32,000 nt of DNA from Kiritimatiella glycovorans. GTDB taxonomy: Bacteria > Verrucomicrobiota > Kiritimatiellia > Kiritimatiellales > Kiritimatiellaceae. The stretch spans positions 2,880,001-2,912,000 of the forward strand of contig NZ_CP010904.1 in assembly GCF_001017655.1 (NCBI RefSeq), given 5' to 3'. Each line of letters starts with the position of its first letter. The first letter of the stretch is position 1. Shown piece after piece: positions 24,925-32,000 of this stretch. The position numbers and the translations under genes were made by a program. The notes below the pieces were generated by a model. That model saw only the letters and a list, made by a program, of their open reading frames with translations. It was not told the DNA's origin and ran no database searches.

Positions 24925-26151
24925 ATGGCGGTATCGAACAACAGAACGGAGCGTCCGTGCGCTTTTTCGGCGCGTCCCCGCGTGCTGATGGCCCTTGAGT
25001 GGTACGACCCGATGATCCATGAAGGCATTGCGCAGTACGCCAAGGAGGCGGACTGGGTACTGGACGTCAGCATGGCGCGCACCAATACGATGCCCGAGCA
25101 CTGGGAGGGCGACGGGGTCATCTCGCTGTTGAACGAGGAGCAATCGCAGCTTCTCCGCTACGTGGAGGCTCTCGACCTCCCGACGGCGGGAATCGGGTAT
25201 GTCCTTCAGGACCGTTACCCGATCATTCTCGGCGACCACGCCCGGGTGGGCGAGCTGGCGGCGGAACATTTTCTGCAGCGCAAGTACCGGGATTTCGCGT
25301 TCGTGTTCTTCGATCACGGAACGCTGGAACACGAACGCTGCGAAGGGCTTGAGCAAGCCCTGCAGAGAACGGGCACGGACTACCGGCTGCAGCGCTGGAT
25401 GAGCCCGCGGAAGGGACGCGTGCGCTCCTACCGCCAGGTGCGCGACTGGCTCGTGAGCAAGCTCGAAGAGGCCTCGACCCCGCTGGCGATCATGGCCCAG
25501 AATGACGACTCCGCGATCCTCGTGCTGTACGCATGCATCGAAGCGGGCATCCGCGTACCGGAACAGGTGGCGGTGCTGGGGGCCGACAATAATCACCTGA
25601 TCTGCGATTTCGCGCCGATCCCGCTTTCGAGCGTGGACGGCAATCTCTACGGGCTGGGATACGAGGCGGCACGCGTACTCGACCGGATCATCAACGGCGA
25701 AGCACCCCCGGAGGAACCGGTCCGCGTCTCACCCCGTGACGTGCAGCTCCGGCGCTCGACCGACATGCTGGCGATCGAACAGCCCGCGATCGCGGGCGCC
25801 CTGCGCTACATCTGGGACCACTTCGCGGACCGAATCAACGTACTCGACGTCATCGCCCGAACCGGCATGTCCCGATCGTTCGTATACCAGGAATTCGACC
25901 GCGCGCTCGGACATTCGATCGCCAAGGAGATCACCCGCTGCCGCATCGAACACGCCTGCCGCATGCTCCGCGAAACGGAAAACAGCGTGAACGAAGTCGC
26001 CATCGAAAGCGGGTTCGGCAGCGTGGTTTCGTTCTGCCGCGCCTTCGCACGGGAGACCGGAAAAACGGCCACCGAATTCAGAAAGTGTGAGGATGCGGAA
26101 ATCATGTCCCACTTCACCTATACCGGAAAGGAGAACCCCGCACCCGTATGA
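24925..26151 (+). CDS. XylR-like hybrid regulator: periplasmic-binding-protein (LacI-type sugar-binding) domain fused to an AraC HTH
   Basis: Start trimmed to ATG 24925, preceded by GAGAGGAG. The N-terminal 270 aa or so are PBP-like (AIMAQNDDSAILVLYACIEAGIRVPEQVAVLGADN). C-terminal AraC HTH. Confidence 0.85.
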   Translation: MAVSNNRTERPCAFSARPRVLMALEWYDPMIHEGIAQYAKEADWVLDVSMARTNTMPEHWEGDGVISLLNEEQSQLLRYVEALDLPTAGIGYVLQDRYPIILGDHARVGELAAEHFLQRKYRDFAFVFFDHGTLEHERCEGLEQALQRTGTDYRLQRWMSPRKGRVRSYRQVRDWLVSKLEEASTPLAIMAQNDDSAILVLYACIEAGIRVPEQVAVLGADNNHLICDFAPIPLSSVDGNLYGLGYEAARVLDRIINGEAPPEEPVRVSPRDVQLRRSTDMLAIEQPAIAGALRYIWDHFADRINVLDVIARTGMSRSFVYQEFDRALGHSIAKEITRCRIEHACRMLRETENSVNEVAIESGFGSVVSFCRAFARETGKTATEFRKCEDAEIMSHFTYTGKENPAPV

Positions 26152-28691
26152 GTACCCGGACCGCACCTCAATGGATCTGGACCCGGCCCGACGACCCCGC
26201 TCCCTGCAATCGCTTCCACTATTTCCGGAAAGTGTTTGAACTGGAGTCGGTCCCCGACGATCCGCGCCTCCGCTTCGCAGCGGACACGAACGCGCAGGTA
26301 TGGATCAACGGACGGATCGTCCGGCGCAAGGTCTCCCGTTACACCGAAGAGGCGATCAGCGCCGAAAACATCCACGCCGGCCCGCACCTGCACGGGGGGC
26401 GCAACACGATCGTGGTGCTCCACCACAACTGGGGCGACGTGCCCTGTTTCATGCGCGACGCCAACCGCCACGCGGGCCTCTACGCCGAAGCCCCCTGGCT
26501 GCAGTCCGATACGAGCTGGAAGTGGACGCCCGCCCCCGAGTTTCTCCCGCACGAAGAACAGATCATCGGCATCGTCGGCGAATCGAAGAGGCTGCGTTAT
26601 CCGGTTCTGATCGACGGCGCCCGCGCCCCCGGCAAGATCCACGATCCCGATTTCGATGATTCCGCCTGGGAGTGCGCCTGCGCGGTCGAGGACGGCCCGT
26701 GGCCGCGGCGGCCGGTGGAACAGGAGACGCCGGGGCAGCGCGAACACCCCGTCCGGCCCCGCACCGTCCTCGCCGCCGGCACGGCCGAACGGCCCGAAGC
26801 CGCCGGGCCCGCCGAATTGAGCCGCGCGATCGTTTCCGCAAAGCTCTCGCCGGACGAGAACACCCGCACCTCCGTCGAGGATCTTCTGCGCGGCCGGCCG
26901 TGCACCCTCACCGGACGCGCCGGCGAAACCCTGTACCTCACCGTCGATTTCGCCCTGCCCTCGCACGGATTCCCCTTCCTGGAAGTCGAAACCTCCATCC
27001 CCGGCATCACGATCGACCTCGGATACGGAGAGATTGCGCGCACCCTCTACGAGGACAAGACGCTGGTCCGGGAGGACGGCTGGATCGATACCGAGGGCGT
27101 GGCGGGAACGCACTACGCGGACCGCTACATCGCCGGAACGGGCCGCAGGTACGCGGAAGTCCCCGACGAACGGACTCTGCGCTGGTGTACGCTGCACGTC
27201 ACCTTCCCCGAAGAAGGCAGCCTCACCCTGCACGATTTCGGTTTCATCAAGTCGCAGTACCCGATCGAGCGGTACGGTTCCTTCCACTGCGGCGACGAGA
27301 CCGTCGAACAAATCATGAAACTCTGCATGGCGCACGCTGAGGTGGCCATGACCGACGCCTACGTCGACACCCCCGGCCGCGAAGACGGCCAGTGGATCGA
27401 AGACGCCCAGCCCCGCGCGAAGCTCGCGGCGTCGTGGTTCAACGATACACGCCTGCGCCGTTTCCTCATTCGCACCTTCGCCGAAGGCCAGGACGAGCAG
27501 GGCGATTTCCACCCCTTCTGGCCCGCCAAGTGGCCCATCATGATGCCCGGCAACTTCGACTGGTCCGTCCAGTGGGTCTGCACGCTGTACGATGAGTACA
27601 TGTGGAGCGGCGACACCGAACTGGTCCGCCGCTACTGGGACCACGTGATCCGGTTCTGGAACAACGTCGCAGAGTTCGTCGATGAACAGGGTCGTTTCGT
27701 GACCTACCGCACCTACGGAGACCTCCGCATGGGCTACGACTGCACCCATACGCAGTCGAACGGGCTGGTCACGCCCTGGCTGATCGAGCGGCTGGGGTTC
27801 TCGATGGAGATGGCCGCGGCGATCGGCGACCGGGATCAACAGGGGGAATGGAAGCAGCTGCATGACCGCATGCTGGAGGCCTTTCACCGCGATCATGTCG
27901 TCCCCGCCCGCGACGGCGTGCCCGCCCATGTAGCCTCGCGATTCGAGACGACGGGCGAGGAGATCGACCGGGGCTTCAGCCAGTCGGGCCAAACCGTCGC
28001 GACCACGGCGGGCCTCCTGCCCCGTGAAACGGCGGAGGCTGCCGTGGATTACGCCTTTTCCGAACCCTGCGGCGACCCCCCGGAGGGCGTGCGGCGCTGG
28101 AACAACCCCACCTACGGATACCGCTGCCTCCGCACCCTCAGCTATCTCGACCGCTCGGAACGCGCCGTCCGCCACCTGAAAGAAAGATTCGCCCCCTACC
28201 TTCCGGGTCATCCGGACAACAGGATATCCCACGCCCTGCAGGGCTGTTACGGCGGACCGCTTCCCGAGTACTGGATGAGCCGCGAGGACGCGGGTCTGGC
28301 CGAGGGCGAACCCAACCCGCATCAGCCGCACGACGAAACGGGCTCGCACGGCTGGTGCGCTACGCCCCTGCTCTGGATGCACGACTCACTGCTGGGCGTG
28401 AGGGTGCTCGAACCCGGAGGGGGGAAGATCGCCCTCGAACCCGATTCCGGCGGACTGCCCTACGTGGCGGGTCATGCCATGACGCCCCGCGGCGGAGTCT
28501 ACCTGTACTGGGACCCTCAGCAGTGGCGGCTTCGGGTGAGCATCCCCGCAGACGTGCGCGCCGAACTGACGCTGCCCCCGGAGGGCCGGGGCCGCAGAGT
28601 ACGCACCGAACGCGCTGACGGGACAGCGGAACGGGAGGGTGACCTCTTCCGGCTCGAAGGCGCGGGAGAGTATGCGTTCCTGATCTGGTGA
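26148..28691 (+). CDS. GH78-like (alpha-L-rhamnosidase-type) six-hairpin glycoside hydrolase
   Basis: 847 aa. N-terminus QWIWTR..FHYFRKVFEL..AQVWINGRIV is typical of rhamnosidase N-terminal domains. DTPGREDGQWIEDA resembles the DCPxRE..W.GD catalytic-domain motif. ATGA overlap with the regulator gene. Confidence 0.6.
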   Translation: MSTRTAPQWIWTRPDDPAPCNRFHYFRKVFELESVPDDPRLRFAADTNAQVWINGRIVRRKVSRYTEEAISAENIHAGPHLHGGRNTIVVLHHNWGDVPCFMRDANRHAGLYAEAPWLQSDTSWKWTPAPEFLPHEEQIIGIVGESKRLRYPVLIDGARAPGKIHDPDFDDSAWECACAVEDGPWPRRPVEQETPGQREHPVRPRTVLAAGTAERPEAAGPAELSRAIVSAKLSPDENTRTSVEDLLRGRPCTLTGRAGETLYLTVDFALPSHGFPFLEVETSIPGITIDLGYGEIARTLYEDKTLVREDGWIDTEGVAGTHYADRYIAGTGRRYAEVPDERTLRWCTLHVTFPEEGSLTLHDFGFIKSQYPIERYGSFHCGDETVEQIMKLCMAHAEVAMTDAYVDTPGREDGQWIEDAQPRAKLAASWFNDTRLRRFLIRTFAEGQDEQGDFHPFWPAKWPIMMPGNFDWSVQWVCTLYDEYMWSGDTELVRRYWDHVIRFWNNVAEFVDEQGRFVTYRTYGDLRMGYDCTHTQSNGLVTPWLIERLGFSMEMAAAIGDRDQQGEWKQLHDRMLEAFHRDHVVPARDGVPAHVASRFETTGEEIDRGFSQSGQTVATTAGLLPRETAEAAVDYAFSEPCGDPPEGVRRWNNPTYGYRCLRTLSYLDRSERAVRHLKERFAPYLPGHPDNRISHALQGCYGGPLPEYWMSREDAGLAEGEPNPHQPHDETGSHGWCATPLLWMHDSLLGVRVLEPGGGKIALEPDSGGLPYVAGHAMTPRGGVYLYWDPQQWRLRVSIPADVRAELTLPPEGRGRRVRTERADGTAEREGDLFRLEGAGEYAFLIW

Positions 28692-28936
28692 GCACCGCGG
28701 GATGCGCGGACCGGAACCCTGCTCCGGGACACAGGCTTCAGCACGCTGAGTCTGACCCCGCCCCTCCTGACTTCAACATTGCCCGAAGACGCGCTCGAAT
28801 CCCCCTGTGAACATTGAAGTGAGTTTTGAATCAGGGTGTCCCGGCGGAAAAAAAGGTTATTCGTGGATTTTTATGGAAGGGTTCCCGGGAAAGGTGGGAT
28901 GCGGCAGATCGGAGGGGGAGAGAGCATGGGATTCAC

Positions 28937-29089
28937 CATGAAGGACCTGAAGAGCATGAAGGTTGGTTGAGGAGGGGGACATATACTCGTACTCGCACTC
29001 GTACGCGTACTCGGAGCGCCGAAGGCGCGATCCCCTCCATCGATTCAAGGAATTCGAGTACGCGTGCGTTGTGACGCAAGCGGATTTCT
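28937..29089. repeat. mosaic palindromic repeat, copy D (uninterrupted, the empty site for the MITE)
   Basis: Hexamers at 28983-29012, GGAGCGCCGAAGGCGCGATCCCCTCC at 29013-29038, GAATTCGAGTACGCGTGCG at 29050-29068. Confidence 0.75.
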
Positions 29090-29235
29090 AATCCAGCCGC
29101 TACGATTTCAGTAGTTCTACAAAAATCCGGTTCTTCGTAGATTTTTGTGGTGGAGCCGTTCGGGGAAGAGGCGGGATGGGGATTCACCACAACGGTCACA
29201 GATCATGCCGGGGTCGGGATGGGAGACGACAAACA

Positions 29236-29342
29236 TTCGTAGTAGCGCCGCAAGCCTGCCCCCCGGCAGGCCAGGCGCGTGAAAGATAACGGCCCTGATC
29301 CTGCTTCGCAGGCCTGCGGGCCTACTACGAACGTAAGAGAGA
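29236..29342. repeat. structured repeat motif M2, copy 2
   Basis: Outer stem TTCGTAGTAG (29236-29245) / CTACTACGAA (29322-29331). Hairpins GCCTGCC-CCCC-GGCAGGC and CCTGC-TTC-GCAGG. Cores identical to copy 1. Confidence 0.6.
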
Positions 29343-29498
29343 ACGCACCATTTCTTTGCCTGTGCTCTTCTCATTCATCTTTGCGATCTCTGCGCCTTGG
29401 CGAGAGACCTTTCTTGTGTTTTCGGCCAGTAGAGTAGAGAGGGAGCCACGGGATGAGAGGCTTAGAGCCAATGACCGCGGACTGCCCTCCCCCTCGTC

Positions 29499-29531
29499 GA
29501 ACCGGACATGCGGATTTCCCGCATCCGGCTC
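29499..29531 (-). ncRNA. group II intron domain V
   Basis: - strand reads GAGCCGGATGCGGGAAATCCGCATGTCCGGTTC. It has the AGC triad, the GAGCCGG/CCGGTTC basal helix with G-U, the ATGCGG/CCGCAT upper helix, a GAAA-type loop and a 2-nt GT bulge. Confidence 0.8.
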
Positions 29532-29557
29532 TCGCGGAAGGCATTTGTTGGATGGTT

Positions 29558-30490
29558 TCACAGGTAGATCAGTCCCATGTTCTTGAAATGCGCGTAGTAG
29601 CTCATACCTTCAGGGGGCCAGTAGCCGCGCTGACTGCGTCGTTTCGCATGTCGCGTGAGACGCTGTCGCACGTATCCATTGACGTGGCGGAATGCCACAC
29701 GCGGATAACCCAGCGAGAAGTAGTTTGCCCATCCTCGCATTTGCATGTTGAGTTCGTCGATCACCGTCGGCAGAGGTTTGAAGCATTGTTCCGGTCCGGT
29801 CATCTCCCGAAGCCGATCACGTTCCCGTTGGAGCGCTTTCCGCGACGGTGTCAGGTTCCAGTACCGGCACGGGCGTCCGCCGAGGTCCCGGTCATAGCGG
29901 AAGCTATATCCGAGAAAGTCCAGCGTCTGCCCCGGTTCCCGAGCATCGAGTATCCGGGTTTTCTCCCGGTTAATCTTCAGCCCGAGCCACCCTTCTATCT
30001 TGGCTTCGATGAACGCTTCGAGTTGCGGACCGATATACCGGGCGAGGACCACGAAGTCATCGGCGTACCTCACCAGTTTGGCCTTCGCCCACCGTGCCGG
30101 TCCGTCTTTGCGGTAAAACACCGCATCGAACCAGTGCAGATAGATGTTGGCCAGAAGCGGCGAAATGACCCCGCCTTGCGGCGTGCCCTTGTCGTTGCGC
30201 TTCACGGTCGGCGGTTTGCCTTTCTCCGTTTCCTCTACCGGCGCTTTCAGCCACATTCGGATCAGCTTCAGCACGGACCGGTCGGTGACACGCATCTGCA
30301 CACAAGCGATGAGCTTGTCGTGTGGAATACTGTCGAAATAGCCGGCCAGATCCGCATCATAAACCGCACACCGCCCTTGCCGGAGCTCCTGTCCAATCGC
30401 CTTCAACGCATCATGCGCCGAGCGCTCAGGCCGGAACCCATGGGAGCAATCCTTGAAGTCAGCTTCAAAGATCGGTTCCAATATCGCTAC
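29558..30490 (-). pseudogene. group II intron reverse transcriptase/maturase, N-terminally truncated
   Basis: Begins mid-RT at (VAI)[30 protein letters not shown] active site ([10 protein letters not shown]). Maturase X motif RGWANYF. No endonuclease domain. RT domains 0-2 are missing. Confidence 0.85.
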
Positions 30491-30524
30491 GTGTCAACGC
30501 GAATGAGACACTTTTCTTGGCCGG

Positions 30525-31526
30525 TCACCCGGCCACTTCGAGTTCCTTCGGCTTGTTGATCCACACCTCCTCGGGCACGTGCCGTGGCGACGGCTCGCCC
30601 CGAACGAACCGCTCCGGATGCCGCTCGTAGGCGGCCAGGAGGGTCTGCTTCCGCTCCAACCAGCGCTCGTCGGCTCGGCCGGCATGTACGTCGGCCGGCG
30701 TCATCATGGCCAGGCCGGAGTGCCGGTGCTCGTCGTTGTACCAGCGGAAGAACTCCCGCAGGTACTGACGCGCATCCTCCAGCGACCCGAACCGCTCCGG
30801 GAACGTCCAGTGGTACTTCAGCGTCTTGAACTGGGCCTCGGAGTACGGGTTGTCGTTCGACACATGCGGCCGGGAGTAGCTGCGCGCCACGCCCAGCTCG
30901 ATGAGCAGGTCGATGAACCGGTTTGAACGCATCGCCTTGCCCCGGTCCGAGTGCAACGTCACCTCGTCGCGCCCGATCGCCTGCTGCTCGCAACAGTGGG
31001 TCACCAGCGCCTCGGCCTCCTCGCCGGATTCGGTCTCGCTGATCATCCAGCCGACCACGTAGCGGCTGAACACGTCCAGCACGACGTAGAGGTGGTAGAA
31101 GATCCACGACTTCGGTCCCTTGATCCGGGTGATATCCCACGACCATAGCTCGTTCGGGCGTGTCGCGAGCAGCTCCGGCTTCGTATAGGGCGGGTGGACG
31201 CGCTGGTCTCGGCGTTCGCGGACCTCCTCACGGCGCTTCAGCACACGGTACATCGTGCGCACGCTGCACACGTACTTGCCCTCGTCCAGGAGCGTGGCAT
31301 GCACTTCCGGGACGGCGTAGTCGCAGAACCGCTCGCTGTTCAGTTCGTCGATCACGTCCTGTTCCTCGTCCTCGCTGAGCCGACGATGCGAGATGCGCGG
31401 CGCGGGTGGCGGGGGCGGATCTTCCTTGCGCTTCCGCCACCGGTAGTACGTCGCGCGACTCACGCCCAGGGCTTCACAGGCCGCCTTCACGGAGAGCTTC
31501 TTGCCGTTGTCATCTACGGTCTGCAT
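30525..31526 (-). CDS. IS3-family transposase OrfB (DDE integrase core)
   Basis: 333 aa. HTH at the N-terminus. DDE residues in WSWDIT, HSDRG and NPYSEAQFKTLK. Confidence 0.9.
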   Translation of the reverse strand: MQTVDDNGKKLSVKAACEALGVSRATYYRWRKRKEDPPPPPAPRISHRRLSEDEEQDVIDELNSERFCDYAVPEVHATLLDEGKYVCSVRTMYRVLKRREEVRERRDQRVHPPYTKPELLATRPNELWSWDITRIKGPKSWIFYHLYVVLDVFSRYVVGWMISETESGEEAEALVTHCCEQQAIGRDEVTLHSDRGKAMRSNRFIDLLIELGVARSYSRPHVSNDNPYSEAQFKTLKYHWTFPERFGSLEDARQYLREFFRWYNDEHRHSGLAMMTPADVHAGRADERWLERKQTLLAAYERHPERFVRGEPSPRHVPEEVWINKPKELEVAG

Positions 31527-31528
31527 GC

Positions 31529-31996
31529 TCAGCTCTCGCTCTGCCCGGCGTCGCTGAGATCCTCCAGCAGTCGGGAGACTTTTTTTTGAAGCTCGATGAG
31601 CCCTTCGGCGCGGCGCAGCTTGGTCTTCAGCCGCTCGTTCTCGCGTTCAAGGCGCTTCATCTCGTTGCGCATCGAGCGCTTGCTCTTGCCGTCCGGGGTG
31701 ACATCGAAGCCCTTCTCGTCCATCGTGCGCCTCCATTGCATCCACTTCGTGAGTGTGCAGGAGTATAGCCCTTCCCGACGAGCCAGGGCAGCCAGTTCCC
31801 CCTTCCGGTGCTTACACTTCTCGGCCTCCTCCGCGATCCGCAGCTTGTACGCCACGTCCCATCGTTTTCGTTTCGCGACTCTCGGTGTCGCGGCTTCAGG
31901 ATCGGCGAGCTGTCCTGCCCGCGATCGGCGCGAGCCCCCCATGGGGGGCTCCTGTCCCTGGGACTGCTCCTCTACAACCAACGCCTCTGCCTTCAT
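31529..31996 (-). CDS. IS3-family transposase OrfA (HTH plus leucine-zipper-like coiled coil)
   Basis: 155 aa. KRLERENERLKTKLRRAEGLIELQKK coiled coil just before the slippery site. Confidence 0.85.
   Translation of the reverse strand: MKAEALVVEEQSQGQEPPMGGSRRSRAGQLADPEAATPRVAKRKRWDVAYKLRIAEEAEKCKHRKGELAALARREGLYSCTLTKWMQWRRTMDEKGFDVTPDGKSKRSMRNEMKRLERENERLKTKLRRAEGLIELQKKVSRLLEDLSDAGQSES
31580..31587 (-). other. programmed -1 ribosomal frameshift site (A8; A AAA AAA G)
   Basis: On the - strand: CTT CAA AAA AAA GTC within orfA. The -1 frame is open from here through the orfB ATG (..KKSLPTAGGSQRRRAERELSMQTV). A CTCAGC..GCTGAG stem lies downstream. Confidence 0.7.
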
Positions 31997-32000
31997 CCAA

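Larger units (their letters stand above)
29429..30491 (-). mobile_element. group II intron, 3' portion only (5' part displaced by the IS3 insertion)
   Basis: RT/maturase ORF remnant, then domain V 26 nt after the stop, then a domain VI-like region ending ..CTCCCTCTCTAC(TCTAC). The 3' boundary is approximate (29429-29434). Confidence 0.8.
30492..32000 (-). mobile_element. IS3-family insertion sequence, partial (left end lies beyond the window)
   Basis: orfA and orfB in 0/-1 frames with an A8 slippery run. The inferred right terminus reads TGTCAACGCGAATGAGACAC.. from 30492, giving the TG..CA ends typical of IS3. It abuts the broken RT ORF. Confidence 0.85.

Noticed and set aside
29453-30559. 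368-aa + strand ORF, and the 219-aa - strand ORF at 30487-31146.
   Set aside because: The first is antisense to the RT/maturase remnant. The second is an alternative frame inside IS3 orfB. Neither has motifs, and both cross the intron/IS junction or overlap clearly assigned genes.
1-32000. tRNA, rRNA, tmRNA or known riboswitch genes in the intergenic regions.
   Set aside because: I found no cloverleaf-compatible sequence (no GGTTCGAATCC-type T-arm) and no rRNA-like stretch. The thrS leader is too short for a T-box. This was a scan by eye, so tRNAscan-SE or cmscan should confirm it.

Overview
GC-rich bacterial chromosomal window. The mix of a sulfatase, an exosortase, several glycoside hydrolases and AraC-type regulators suggests a PVC-type glycan degrader such as Kiritimatiellota or Verrucomicrobiota; that is inference only. 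Layout: (1) 0-2.5 kb: a small membrane protein, a DUF4143-type AAA+ ATPase and repeat-rich intergenic DNA. (2) 2.5-7.6 kb, + strand housekeeping genes: thrS (lacks the TGS domain), infC (I place the real start at an ATT codon the ORF track misses), etfB, etfA and a D-Ala-D-Ala carboxypeptidase. (3) 7.6-17.8 kb, a single - strand run: sulfatase, exosortase, EpsI-family protein, a 1463-aa TPR protein, then an OpuB/ProU-type ABC ATPase and two permeases with no binding protein. (4) 17.9-28.7 kb, glycan-utilisation genes: GH13 alpha-glucosidase, a 743-aa multidomain six-hairpin glycosidase-like protein, an unknown secreted 225-aa protein, a GH78-like glycosidase, two AraC regulators and one XylR-like hybrid regulator. 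(5) 28.7-32.0 kb, mobile-element debris: the 3' part of a group II intron (domain V and a 5'-truncated RT/maturase) cut by an IS3-family element that runs off the window. The least described content is non-coding. A 142-bp structured MITE occurs in two copies with different target-site duplications, and an empty site is visible in the window. It sits in a mosaic family of palindromic intergenic repeats (GTACTC/GTACGC hexamer arrays). A roughly 100-nt motif occurs in two copies whose hairpins covary. I found no CRISPR array, tRNA or rRNA gene, and no convincing new multi-gene protein system beyond the exosortase/EpsI/giant-TPR module. Most long ORFs antisense to the listed genes are high-GC shadow ORFs.
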